64,000 nt of DNA. Source: Gammaproteobacteria bacterium (lineage in GTDB: Bacteria > Pseudomonadota > Gammaproteobacteria > Francisellales > CACEW01). Both the position numbers and the translations under genes were made by a program. Shown piece after piece: positions 18,297-28,388 of this stretch (the first letter of the stretch is position 1; every line of letters starts with the position of its first letter). Location: contig JAUSAW010000002.1 of the NCBI GenBank assembly GCA_030652335.1, positions 397,866 to 461,865 on the forward strand. Reading direction: 5' to 3'. The notes below the pieces were generated by a model, which had not been told where the DNA came from, ran no database searches, and saw only the letters and a program-made list of their open reading frames with translations.

Positions 18297-19910
18297 TTAT
18301 ACATAACCCAGGGCAGCCCCATTCTTGGCCAATAGCCCCAGCTCTAAATCAGGACGATTAAAGACGAAGGCTTGGCTAGGTTTTTCTACAGAAGCTTCCC
18401 TTAATACGACAATTTCTGCAATGAACTCGGCGAAGGTATCTTTATCTAAACCACCTTCTGCTAACTGTGCTTCTAAGTTATCTAGAGTATTGCTAAAGCA
18501 TATCACCCTAGGATCAGTAGGATCGCATTCCTTTAGCCAGCCTACTAAAGCCTTTAACTTCCTATACTCTCCTGCGCTAAAACCGGTGCTTAAGTCAACG
18601 CTATGCTCTTTAATAACCGGGCTCTCTGGCAGCGAGGCCTGATCAGTCGTGCTAGAACCAAAGGCATAGCAAATCGCCTGTTTAGCAGGAACATAGACTG
18701 TTTCAAAGAGTTTTTCTAAAGCCCAGGAATTGACGTTAATAGCCATAACGGATAAAAAATAGGTTTGTAAAAAAACGATTAGAGCTGGCGGTGCTTCATC
18801 CTCAGCATCTCCAGCCTTGGCCCTTTCCACACTTGAGGAATAGGCTAAATAAGCACCTACAACAACAAATACATATTTTGCAATATACTTTACTAAAGAA
18901 TGGTCCTTATCTTTATCGGTAAAAAAACCATCCTCGCCTTTGAGTGCTTTACCACCACGAACAAAAGGATCGACCAGATATAAGAGACCGTCCAACAAAT
19001 AACCCGAATAATTTATACAAGCGGTAATATTAAGGGCCGCAGAGCCTAAAGGAATTCTATCCACCACGGTATTTGATACTAACCAGCTATATAATGGATT
19101 ACCCACTAAAAAGCGCTGAGTTGAATCGGCCATGGTTAAGGCATAGGCAAAACAAATAAAACTAAATGATGAGACTAAACCAATGCTTCGTGCAGTAGAG
19201 ACCGGTTTTTTATAAGCAGCCAGTTCTTTGCCTTCAAGAGCATCGAAGGCGCATATAGCAGGATGATCTGCCCCGGCAATAATAGCGCTTATTTTTTTAT
19301 CTTCTAAGCAAAGCTGCGCCAAGCCGTTTGCCAGCAAATCGAAACTAGCATGTGTTAAAAAAGCCCCTTCTGTAACAACGGTAGCCCAGGTAAAAACTTG
19401 TGAAACCGCGCCACCTTCATCACAGCCTAGCAAATCCTTAAGCGCTACTTGCGTACCTTCTCCAAAAGGCCCTGCCTGCGCATAGCCAAAATATAATGCT
19501 AAGGGCAATAGTAGCAACAGGCCTGAGATATTTTCTTTCCAGTTCTCACGCCCAAGCCTGCCAAAGCTTTTGGTGCTTTTAACCGCGCGAATAATTAAAC
19601 TATCAAGAGAACCTCCCAATATGGCATTTAAGCTCCCCGATATGATCGCGCCAGGCCAGGCTAAATAAATAGGATTCTTATTGCCCTCTAAAGTTTGCAG
19701 AACATAACTACCAAAAAATATACTTTTGACTAGGAAACTTAAGATATTGGCTGTTATTTTTTGGGCCTGTCCTGGCACTCTCGCCCCGCTAAGTGCTGCC
19801 AATAGAATAGTTTGTTGATCTTTAGGCAAGATTTTTACAAGGGTAGATAATTGAGACACAATAGTCCCATCGATACGTCCATTTAACATGATATTTCTCC
19901 GAATAGGCAA
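18297..19910 (-). CDS. orphan polytopic membrane protein (about 530 aa); effector-like
   Basis: The track start is TTG at 19910. An in-frame ATG at 19889 (MLNGRIDG..) is the more likely start. Several TM helices, and a soluble C-terminal region (..LKECDPTDPRVICFSNTLDNLEAQLAEGG..). No recognisable family. Confidence 0.65.
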   Translation of the reverse strand: MPIRRNIMLNGRIDGTIVSQLSTLVKILPKDQQTILLAALSGARVPGQAQKITANILSFLVKSIFFGSYVLQTLEGNKNPIYLAWPGAIISGSLNAILGGSLDSLIIRAVKSTKSFGRLGRENWKENISGLLLLLPLALYFGYAQAGPFGEGTQVALKDLLGCDEGGAVSQVFTWATVVTEGAFLTHASFDLLANGLAQLCLEDKKISAIIAGADHPAICAFDALEGKELAAYKKPVSTARSIGLVSSFSFICFAYALTMADSTQRFLVGNPLYSWLVSNTVVDRIPLGSAALNITACINYSGYLLDGLLYLVDPFVRGGKALKGEDGFFTDKDKDHSLVKYIAKYVFVVVGAYLAYSSSVERAKAGDAEDEAPPALIVFLQTYFLSVMAINVNSWALEKLFETVYVPAKQAICYAFGSSTTDQASLPESPVIKEHSVDLSTGFSAGEYRKLKALVGWLKECDPTDPRVICFSNTLDNLEAQLAEGGLDKDTFAEFIAEIVVLREASVEKPSQAFVFNRPDLELGLLAKNGAALGYV

Positions 19911-20150
19911 CGCTAAATCAAACGAGAACCATTAGATGGCGCTCGGGTTTTATTTCAAATTTGATTTATTCGCTGCACATTCGGCGAGTGAGAGTGACAA
20001 AAGAAATAGCCCACGCACTCTTGCGAGTAGTATTTACACTGCTGTGTAAAATCGTGGCCATTTGAGGTTCCTACTTATCATTAATTAGGCAATATGGCTT
20101 AACTTTGCCAGAAAGCTTGCTGAAAGTATAGAGGCTTCCAGCAAACTTTA

Positions 20151-21728
20151 TTAGCCGTGTTCAGCCTTATAGGAATCGAATTGTGCTTGCACATCAGGCA
20201 GGCGAGTCGCTAAGGCTAGTTTTAATATAATTAAACTAAAGATGCCGATCACCAAGAAATCCCAACCGAATGGAATCACGCCTTTGCCACCAAATGAACC
20301 GAGATAGGACATAAGCACTAAGCCCCCTAAATAAGGTGCCACCCAAATAATAGCCCTTAAATTAAACCGCTCACGGTCTACTCTATTGGTAAAGTAACGC
20401 GCCAATAGATAAACAAAACCGATAACTATAGCGATACCCAATTTGGAAATCGTTTCCCAGCCGATCCAATAGTTCATTAAATTACAGCAATAAAACGCTA
20501 GGGCGCAAAAGAAACCAGCCGCCTTTAATCGAAATGGACGCTCGGCATTTGGCAATTGCTTGCGCAGGCACAATAACGATATAGGCCCAACAGCGTAGGC
20601 GATAACGGCGGCGGATACTAAAAATTCCACCATCTGTTGCCAGCCGGGAAACGGCAAAAATAACATAAGCCCTAGCACAAAGTTTAAAAACACCGCCCAA
20701 TAGGGAAAGCCTTCGGTATTGGTCTTAGAAAATAGCCTTGGGAAATCGCCATTTTTGCTCATACCATAGACGATTCGTGCTGTTGAAGTGGCATAAATAA
20801 AACCGGCCCCCGCTGGAGACACAACGGCATCGGCATACAATAATTTCACCAACCAGGATATGCCTAAAAGACCTGCAATACCGACCAATGGCCCGGTATC
20901 GCCGGGGAAGGATAAATGCTCCCAGCCATCTTTTAGCATGCTGCTATCTAAGGACCCGATAAAGGCGATCTGCAAACCGATATAAAGCGCAAGACAAATT
21001 AGGATAGAGCAGACTATCGCGATGGGCAAAGCAGACTTAGGATTGCGCGTCTCACCGGCTAACTCTACTCCATGCTTGAATCCGGTAAAGGCAAATACTA
21101 CGCCTCCACTCGCTAAGGCGGAGAAAATAGCCGGCCAGCTGCCGGACTTCGATAATGTTTGACCCAAGCCACCAAAGTTAGTACTGATAAACTGAGTATG
21201 AATAATCGCGGTAATAGCGATGATGATAACCGCTATCTTAAAGGTAAATAATATGGAATTAAATCGAATAAGGCCCTTATAGCTGCTGATATTAAATAGC
21301 GAAAACAACGCCATCAATATCACTGCCCAAATCAGACCATGACCGGACAATTCCGTTACGGTATTAACGCTATGCACTAAATTGGGGAAATAAGTCGCAG
21401 CATATTGCAAGGTAGCCTGTACTTCAATAGGGGGCATCGTCACATAGGACAACCAGGTTAGCCAGGTCATAATAAAATTAGTAAATCCACCGTGGGTTAA
21501 TTGCGGGAATCGCGCACTACCACCTGCGATAGGTAAAAAGGCGGAGAGCTCTGCAAAGGTTAAGGCGATTAATATGGTAATTAAACCACCGATAATCCAG
21601 GAGACTAAAGCAGCCGTGCCTGCGATTCTAGCCGCATATAAAGGCGCAAACAGCCAGGCTGAACCGATGGTACCGTTAACGGTAATTAGAATTAAGCTGA
21701 GCGTGGTAAAGCGGCGATTAAGCGACAT
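20151..21728 (-). CDS. APC-superfamily amino acid permease
   Basis: 525 aa, about 12 TM segments, N-terminal GSAWLFAPLYAA..SWIIGGL..AELSAFLPIAGG pattern. Paralogous to 50755..52341. Confidence 0.85.
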   Translation of the reverse strand: MSLNRRFTTLSLILITVNGTIGSAWLFAPLYAARIAGTAALVSWIIGGLITILIALTFAELSAFLPIAGGSARFPQLTHGGFTNFIMTWLTWLSYVTMPPIEVQATLQYAATYFPNLVHSVNTVTELSGHGLIWAVILMALFSLFNISSYKGLIRFNSILFTFKIAVIIIAITAIIHTQFISTNFGGLGQTLSKSGSWPAIFSALASGGVVFAFTGFKHGVELAGETRNPKSALPIAIVCSILICLALYIGLQIAFIGSLDSSMLKDGWEHLSFPGDTGPLVGIAGLLGISWLVKLLYADAVVSPAGAGFIYATSTARIVYGMSKNGDFPRLFSKTNTEGFPYWAVFLNFVLGLMLFLPFPGWQQMVEFLVSAAVIAYAVGPISLLCLRKQLPNAERPFRLKAAGFFCALAFYCCNLMNYWIGWETISKLGIAIVIGFVYLLARYFTNRVDRERFNLRAIIWVAPYLGGLVLMSYLGSFGGKGVIPFGWDFLVIGIFSLIILKLALATRLPDVQAQFDSYKAEHG

Positions 21729-21892
21729 AGAAACCCCTTGAAGTACATCTTTGGACTATAGCAGGGGATTCAGTGCTTTGTCATCTCTAATGACAGATGG
21801 TAGTTCATCCCAAGCAGATCATTCATGAAAGCATCCTTATTCATAAGGACACAAAAGCAGGAATATATACTTATGCAAAAGGATACAAGCTA

Positions 21893-23050
21893 CTATGCTA
21901 AGTGATAAAAAAAAGCTCTAATATCATTAGCCAATAACTCTGGCTCCTCAAAAGCTGGAAAATGTCCACCGCGAGAAAACTCGGTCCAGCGCTGAAGATT
22001 ATAAAAACGCTCGGCCCATTCTTTGACAAGGGGAACATTGTCATTAGTAAAACAAGCGACCGCACATGGGACGGTAATTTTTTCGTTAACGCTCAAAACC
22101 CATGGGTTAGCTCTGCATTCATAATAAAGCCGCATAGAAGAATTAATTGTTTGTGTAAGCCAATAAAGCGTAATCATAGTCAGCAGTTCATCGCGAGAAA
22201 AACGGGTTTCAATCTCGCCATTGCAGTCGCTCCAGCCGCGATATTTTTCAATTAAATAAGCTGCCAAGCCTATAGGCGAATCATTTAACCCGTATGCAAC
22301 AGTTTGGGGCTTAGTACTTTGAATATGAGAATACCCACCCTCACCCTCTAGCCATTTAGCACGGGCTGCAAACATATTTTCTTCTATAGCAGAAGCAGAT
22401 CTTGTACCAGGATAAGGCCTGCCAGGAGTGAAACCATTAACTGAATTGGTATGAATCGCCATGACATGATTAGGGTAAGTAAAACCAAGGCGCGCCGTGA
22501 CGCGTGTGCCAAAATCTCCGCCATGCGCATAAAATCTCTCATAGCCCAATACTTCTGTCATCAGTTTAAACACAATATCGGCTATTTTCTGAATCCCAAA
22601 ACCCTGTTCAGTAGGGCAATCAGAAAAACCAAAGCCAGGCATCGATGGCACAATCACATCAAAAGAATGATTGGGGTCACCTCCGTATTTAGCCGGATCA
22701 GTCAGCATAGGAATCATTGTTATCATTTCAATAAATGAGCTGGGCCAACCATGGGAAATAATTAAGGGCAAAGGGTTTGGCCCTTTGCCACGCTCATAAA
22801 TGAAATGAATATTTAGGCCATCGATCTTAGATATATAGTGCTTAAAGGCATTGAGCTTAACTTCCTGCTCTCGCCAGCTAAATTGAGTCTTCCAATACTC
22901 GGCAAGATCTTTTAGATAGGTTAAATTAGTACCATAATTCCAGTCTGAATTTGAAATCTCGTCCGGCCAACGACTATGCTCTAAACGATGCTGCAAATCG
23001 CTCAAGGCTGTATCGGAAACATCAATAGAAAATGGTTTTATATTTTCCAT
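21893..23050 (-). CDS. epoxide hydrolase (alpha/beta hydrolase with an EH N-terminal domain, microsomal-EH-like)
   Basis: 385 aa. N-terminal FSIDVSDTALSDLQHRLEHSRWPDE (EHN domain) and the oxyanion motif ISHGWPSSF. Confidence 0.8.
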   Translation of the reverse strand: MENIKPFSIDVSDTALSDLQHRLEHSRWPDEISNSDWNYGTNLTYLKDLAEYWKTQFSWREQEVKLNAFKHYISKIDGLNIHFIYERGKGPNPLPLIISHGWPSSFIEMITMIPMLTDPAKYGGDPNHSFDVIVPSMPGFGFSDCPTEQGFGIQKIADIVFKLMTEVLGYERFYAHGGDFGTRVTARLGFTYPNHVMAIHTNSVNGFTPGRPYPGTRSASAIEENMFAARAKWLEGEGGYSHIQSTKPQTVAYGLNDSPIGLAAYLIEKYRGWSDCNGEIETRFSRDELLTMITLYWLTQTINSSMRLYYECRANPWVLSVNEKITVPCAVACFTNDNVPLVKEWAERFYNLQRWTEFSRGGHFPAFEEPELLANDIRAFFYHLA

Positions 23051-23087
23051 AAAATGACTTATCCTCTCTACTCAGAATACGGACTAG

Positions 23088-24470
23088 TTAGCGCCCACCC
23101 ATTCCTGGGGGCATCATTCCGCCCATACCACCACCCATACCACCCATGCCGCGCATCATCTTGCTCATGCCGCCTTTACCCATTTTTTTCATCATTTTTT
23201 GCATCTGATCGAATTGCTTTAGGAGCTTATTGACCTCTTGCACTTCAACACCAGATCCTGCGGCAATGCGGCGCTTTCTCGAGCCATTAATTAAATCGGC
23301 GTTAGCACGCTCTTTTTTGGTCATCGAACCGATAATAGCGCTCATGCTGACAAACATTTTATCGTTGATTTTGCTCTTAGCTTTTTCAGACACTCCGCTC
23401 ATGCCCGGCATTTTATCGAGCAAGGAGCTGATGCTGCCTAAGCTGCTCATCTGTTTTAATTGTTCCGCGAAATCTTCTAGGGTGAAACCCTTGCCTGACA
23501 TGACTTTTTTAGCCATGGCCTGAGCTTTCACTTGATCGACTTTTTGCTCAATGCCTTCGATTAAGCCCAATACATCGCCCATACCTAAGATACGCGCTGC
23601 CATTCTATCGGGATAAAAGGGTTCTAATGCATCGGTCTTTTCGCCCATACCGATAAATTTAATAGGCTTGCCGGTAATCTGGCGAATCGATAAAGCCGCC
23701 CCGCCCCTCGCATCACCATCGGCCTTGGTTAAAATAACACCCGTTAATGGCAGAGCATCGTGAAAGGCCTTAGCAGTATTCGCGGCATCTTGGCCGGTCA
23801 TGCTATCCACTACAAATAAGGTTTCTACTGGATTGGCCGCCGCATGCAGCGCTTTAATCTCATCCATCATTTCGGCGTCGATATGCAGACGACCCGCGGT
23901 ATCGATGATGACAGCATCGAAGGCTTGCTTACGCGCCATATCTAAAGCGCGCTTGGCGATATCGATAGGTTTTTGAGTAGGCTCAGCCGGGAAACATTCG
24001 ACTCCGATTTCCGTGGCTAGCACTTCTAATTGTTGCATGGCCGCCGGACGATAAACGTCGGTGCTGACCAATAATACTTTCTTTTTACGCTGATCTTTTA
24101 ACCAACGCGCTAACTTAGCACTGGTGGTGGTTTTACCCGAACCTTGCAAGCCAGCCATTAATATTACCACTGGAGGCTGAGCGGCTAAATTTAATTCCTG
24201 GCAGGTTTCGCCCATCAATTCGGTTAATTCGGTGCGAACTATTTTAACAAACAATTGACCTGGATTGAGGTTTTTAGCGACTTCACGACCCATAGCCCGG
24301 CGTTTTACTTTGCCGATAAAGTCCTGAACCACTTCGACAGAGACATCCGCCTCTAATAATGATTGGCGTACTTCGCGTAAGGCTTTTTTGATATTGTCTT
24401 CGGATAAGCGGCCCTGGCCACGAATGTTCTTTAAGGTTTCGCCTAAGCGATCGGAAAGTTGTTGAAACAT
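23088..24470 (-). CDS. ffh: signal recognition particle protein Ffh
   Basis: 460 aa. GLQGSGKTTT P-loop, DTAGRL, and a Met/Gly-rich M-domain tail. Confidence 0.95.
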   Translation of the reverse strand: MFQQLSDRLGETLKNIRGQGRLSEDNIKKALREVRQSLLEADVSVEVVQDFIGKVKRRAMGREVAKNLNPGQLFVKIVRTELTELMGETCQELNLAAQPPVVILMAGLQGSGKTTTSAKLARWLKDQRKKKVLLVSTDVYRPAAMQQLEVLATEIGVECFPAEPTQKPIDIAKRALDMARKQAFDAVIIDTAGRLHIDAEMMDEIKALHAAANPVETLFVVDSMTGQDAANTAKAFHDALPLTGVILTKADGDARGGAALSIRQITGKPIKFIGMGEKTDALEPFYPDRMAARILGMGDVLGLIEGIEQKVDQVKAQAMAKKVMSGKGFTLEDFAEQLKQMSSLGSISSLLDKMPGMSGVSEKAKSKINDKMFVSMSAIIGSMTKKERANADLINGSRKRRIAAGSGVEVQEVNKLLKQFDQMQKMMKKMGKGGMSKMMRGMGGMGGGMGGMMPPGMGGR

Positions 24471-24500
24471 GGAAACATCCTCATTTGTTCTTTTTCGGCA

Positions 24501-26417
24501 TTATACAGGCATCCAGGAGCCATGCAAACCAACTGGTATCCGGCGCGGCATTTTAATACGCGCTAGTGGCTCAGCACTTATATTTCGAGCGTCCAAAATT
24601 ACCAGCTCGCTTTGTTCGGTTTGACTATCATATACATATAGCATCAGATAACCATCATCTTCCGACTGCGAATTTTCCTTTGCTGCGAATACCGCCTCGC
24701 CGATCTCAGCATACCGTCCAAAATCATGCACTTCAGAGCCTTGAGTCTTAACATCGTATTTAACCAAGGCATTCAGTAGGCGGCGTTTAACAATATCCGT
24801 CGTTTTAGTTGGAGTGTAAATATAGCGATGCTCTAGAGTATCCATATCTTCACGAATCCTTGGAAATTCTACCAATCTATCATCCAAGGCAACATGCTTA
24901 AGGTTGCCATTCTGCGTATTAATAATGCTGCGATACAACATTGGAGGTACGCCCTTACCTACCGAACTTAAATCCAGTTTCTCGTGGCGCACGAAATCCA
25001 CAATAATCTCATGGCCCTGTTCATAGGCATTAGCAAAATGAAACACGAAGAAAGCCTCGGTTTGAAACCACTGCATCTTGCCACCCGTACGCGGCATAAT
25101 GCCAATTCTTGTGCCAAGCTCAGGCTGCCAGCTTAGCAACGGCCCACCCGCTACCATTTTCTTCAGATCAAACACCATCGGGCAATCAAATACGATGACA
25201 TAATTTTTAGTGAGCACGAAATCGTGAATCATGGTGCTATGCGATTTTTCGATATCCCAGCTTTGCAACAACTGCCCTTTTTTATCTACTTTATGCAGGC
25301 TTAAAAAGGGAGGAGTTATGGAATAATTTACAAACCATAGCTCTCCAGTCAAGGGATCATATCGAGTATGAGCACAGACATCGATAGGCTTCTTGGCCCC
25401 GACCGGGGTCCATTCCCCTTTGGTTTTTAAATCGCGAGTCATCTCATAGGCAGGGCCACCCTCCCATAAAGCCAAATATTGATCGGCATGCCGAATAATA
25501 TGAATAAAAGCCCCATTTTTAACGGCAAAAGGCTCATCTTCGGGCCCAGCCCACTTCGGATCCATAGGTCGTAGATTTAACACCCCACTATATAAAGCCT
25601 TGCCCGCCTTGCGCTCTTTTAATAAGGCATTGGTTTCCACGTAACGATTACGATAATCAGCCTTACCCTCTTTTATAGTGATCGCATGGATCATGCCATC
25701 CCCATCGAAGGGATAGGTATAGGAGATGGGCTCAAACTGAGGATTGGGGCCATTGCGCATATAGACCCCGTTTAAATCTGCTGGAATTTCGCCGATTACC
25801 TTTAAATTCTGAACATCTAATTCATCATGAACTGGGGCGTAACTCGCCATTAAATCCGGGTTTGGCTGAGGGTTAATAATAGGCTTAGTCGCGAGCTTCT
25901 TAGCCCGATACCATTTAGGAAACCACTTAGTAAACCAGATAGCAAAAAGTGTTGGAATATAGCTGATAAACTGCCCTGCCCCGGTATTGAATTTCCAATC
26001 GATTAGCGCCGTTAGCAAAAATGACAGGCCCCAAATAATTGAAACGCTATAGTTGATCTGTCTAAATAACGCCGTTCCCCAAAATGCTTCGGGCACCTTT
26101 TCCTTCGCATACTGCATAGTAAACGGCTGTCTTATTAGCACTGAAAAGCCAACGATAGCGGCCAAGACAAGGTTCGATAGTAAAAAGATATGGCCATCAA
26201 TCCACGGGTTTTTAAATAGCACCGCCGCAATCAGCATAAAGCCAAAGAACAATAAGCTCCCCCAACTTAATATAAAGCCTTGCTTTAAATGCTGACGATC
26301 AAAAATAGCACACATTACAAACGCTAAAATAATCGCCGCATCTTGCCTAATTGGCGAAGCGCCCATTATTAAAGCAAATGCAATCCAGGGTAAAAAATCA
26401 ATGAGTAAACCTTTCAT
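24501..26417 (-). CDS. carotenoid/stilbene cleavage oxygenase (RPE65/CCO family) fused to an N-terminal membrane domain of about 180 aa
   Basis: 638 aa. Residues 1 to about 180 form about 5 hydrophobic helices. The remainder carries CCO signatures FDGDGMIHA, HDFVLTKNYVIVFDCP, FHFANAYE and GLHGSWMP. Confidence 0.8.
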   Translation of the reverse strand: MKGLLIDFLPWIAFALIMGASPIRQDAAIILAFVMCAIFDRQHLKQGFILSWGSLLFFGFMLIAAVLFKNPWIDGHIFLLSNLVLAAIVGFSVLIRQPFTMQYAKEKVPEAFWGTALFRQINYSVSIIWGLSFLLTALIDWKFNTGAGQFISYIPTLFAIWFTKWFPKWYRAKKLATKPIINPQPNPDLMASYAPVHDELDVQNLKVIGEIPADLNGVYMRNGPNPQFEPISYTYPFDGDGMIHAITIKEGKADYRNRYVETNALLKERKAGKALYSGVLNLRPMDPKWAGPEDEPFAVKNGAFIHIIRHADQYLALWEGGPAYEMTRDLKTKGEWTPVGAKKPIDVCAHTRYDPLTGELWFVNYSITPPFLSLHKVDKKGQLLQSWDIEKSHSTMIHDFVLTKNYVIVFDCPMVFDLKKMVAGGPLLSWQPELGTRIGIMPRTGGKMQWFQTEAFFVFHFANAYEQGHEIIVDFVRHEKLDLSSVGKGVPPMLYRSIINTQNGNLKHVALDDRLVEFPRIREDMDTLEHRYIYTPTKTTDIVKRRLLNALVKYDVKTQGSEVHDFGRYAEIGEAVFAAKENSQSEDDGYLMLYVYDSQTEQSELVILDARNISAEPLARIKMPRRIPVGLHGSWMPV

Positions 26418-26425
26418 GATGTCTC

Positions 26426-26971
26426 CTACTTATTGTTTAAAATCTTAATGGTATCTTTACACCAGGCTAACTCAGCCTTTGCGGATTTAAGCCCATAATC
26501 CAAGGTAATTAACCAGTATTGAAGATGGGGAGAATTGCCATGACGCTTAATAAGCTCCTCACGCATCGCAGAATAGGTACCAAGCTCTGCTTCTAGGCGC
26601 TGTTGCTGATGTGCGATATGCTGAAGATTATCAAGCTTAGCCACATTGCGACCGAAAAATAATTTTAATAATAATTCATTGCGAACCAAGGCTTCCTGCG
26701 GCTCTTTTTTAAGCCAGGCTGCCAGCTCTTTTTTACCTGAGGCGGTAATGGAATAGATTTTTTTGGCGCGCTTTGAATCGGCAGCAGCCTCTTTACACTT
26801 AGCCCATCCTAATTTAACGCAAGCGGCAAGAGCAGGATAAAGCTGACCCTCGCTTTCAGCCCAAAAATGATGAGTACTCGATTTAATGGCCTTGCTAATA
26901 TCATAGCCGCTCATATCGTCGATAGTTAACATGCCAAGGATGATGTATTTCGTTCTACTACGTTCGCGCAT
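26426..26971 (-). CDS. PadR-family transcriptional regulator
   Basis: 181 aa with a winged-HTH, ILGMLTIDDMSGYDISKAIK..GQLYPALAACVKLGW. It sits 8 nt upstream of the oxygenase gene and is probably in the same operon. Confidence 0.85.
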   Translation of the reverse strand: MRERSRTKYIILGMLTIDDMSGYDISKAIKSSTHHFWAESEGQLYPALAACVKLGWAKCKEAAADSKRAKKIYSITASGKKELAAWLKKEPQEALVRNELLLKLFFGRNVAKLDNLQHIAHQQQRLEAELGTYSAMREELIKRHGNSPHLQYWLITLDYGLKSAKAELAWCKDTIKILNNK

Positions 26972-26973
26972 AT

Positions 26974-26999
26974 ATACCTCTATTAGATACCTCTAATAG
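26974..26999. repeat. 13-bp tandem direct repeat (x2) abutting the padR start; possible operator
   Basis: atacctctattag (26974..26986) followed by atacctctaatag (26987..26999), 12/13 identical. The first copy contains the padR RBS (GAGGTAT on the minus strand). Confidence 0.5.
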
Positions 27000-27104
27000 T
27001 TATATTAACCTTAAATTGTGCCTAGCGTCAATACGCAGAATCTCTGCTTATGAAATTCATGGTTTATGCTAAAATAAGCAGATAGACCCAAAAGGATTCC
27101 TACC

Positions 27105-28388
27105 GTGACGACTCTTTTTCTGTTAATTGCATTGTTTATTTTATTGATATGCTCAGCTTTTTTCTCGGGCGCCGAAACCAGCATGATGTCATTAAACCGT
27201 TATAGGCTTCGTCACTTAGCCAAGCACCACTATAAGCCTGCTGTTCGCGCCCAGCTGCTATTGCAAAGACCTGACCGACTATTGGGAATCATTTTAATCG
27301 GCAATACTTTTTCGAATATTTTGGCCTCAGCTCTGGCCACCCTTTTAGCCACCAGGCTATTTGGAGATTTTGGCGTGGTGGTGGTGACAGTGTTATTGAC
27401 CCTGGTCATCTTGATTTTTAGTGAAGTGATCCCCAAAACCTATGCCGCCCTTCACCCTGAGACTTGTGCTTTTCCAGCCTCAAGAGCCTTAAAAATATTA
27501 TTAAAACTACTCTATCCACTGGTATGGCTAGTTAACGGCGTCTCTAATGGTTTGCTAAAATTGTGCGGTGTACATGTGCATGCCCATCGCTCCGACCCGC
27601 TTAGCATCGATGAATTGCGCACCGTCGTTCATGCCTCCGGCAATAAATTGCCTGGCGAACATAAAAATATGTTGCTGGGAGTATTGGATTTAGAACAAGT
27701 GACCATGGCCGATGTGATGATACCCAGACATAATATTATCGGTATCGACCTTAATTCGGACTGGAAGGTTATTTTACAACAATTAAAAACCTGTCCCTAT
27801 TCCCGCCTGCCAATCTACCGCGATAGCATCGATAATATTATTGGTGTGTTGCCTCTGCGTAAAATAATTGGCTTAAACGAAAAGCCCTCGGCCTTAATCG
27901 AAACTATCGAAAACTTAGTCGACCCAGCCTATTTTGTGCCCGAAACCACGACGCTACAGAAACAAATTCAAAACTTTCAAAAAAATGCCGAAAAAATTGG
28001 ACTGGTCGTCGATGAATACGGCCATATCAAAGGCTTAGTTACCGTCATCGACATACTAGAAGAAATAGTCGGTGAATTTAATGATCTCACTCAACGCTCT
28101 ACTAAAAAGAGCCTTAAGCGCTATTCAGATGGCTCTTTTTTAGTCGATGCCGAAATGACCATACGCGACATTAACCGCCATCTAAAACTTCAGCTACCCG
28201 TGGAAGGCCCTAAGACTTTGGCAGGATTAATTATCGAACATTTAGAGGATATCCCCTCTGCAGGAGTCAGCGTGTTAATCGAATACTATCCGATTGAAAT
28301 CGTTGAAGTGGAGAACAATTCGGTTAAAACGGCCAGGATTTACCCTAAACTAATCATAGATAACGACAACGCTCATGAGCACGAATGA
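27105..28388 (+). CDS. HlyC/CorC-family (CNNM) transporter: DUF21 + CBS pair + CorC_HlyC domain
   Basis: 427 aa with a GTG start. N-terminal TM domain with GAETSMMSLNRYRL, a CBS region, and a C-terminal transporter-associated domain. Confidence 0.85.
   Translation: MTTLFLLIALFILLICSAFFSGAETSMMSLNRYRLRHLAKHHYKPAVRAQLLLQRPDRLLGIILIGNTFSNILASALATLLATRLFGDFGVVVVTVLLTLVILIFSEVIPKTYAALHPETCAFPASRALKILLKLLYPLVWLVNGVSNGLLKLCGVHVHAHRSDPLSIDELRTVVHASGNKLPGEHKNMLLGVLDLEQVTMADVMIPRHNIIGIDLNSDWKVILQQLKTCPYSRLPIYRDSIDNIIGVLPLRKIIGLNEKPSALIETIENLVDPAYFVPETTTLQKQIQNFQKNAEKIGLVVDEYGHIKGLVTVIDILEEIVGEFNDLTQRSTKKSLKRYSDGSFLVDAEMTIRDINRHLKLQLPVEGPKTLAGLIIEHLEDIPSAGVSVLIEYYPIEIVEVENNSVKTARIYPKLIIDNDNAHEHE

Noticed and set aside
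19911-20150. A 240-nt intergenic region considered as a possible sRNA locus. It contains small hairpins at ttacac-tgct-gtgtaa and aagcttgctgaaag..cttccagcaaactt.
   Set aside because: I could not recognise a promoter and terminator pair or any known sRNA motif (6S, SRP, tmRNA, RsmY/Z-like GGA repeats). The distal hairpin is adequately explained as the terminator of the permease gene.
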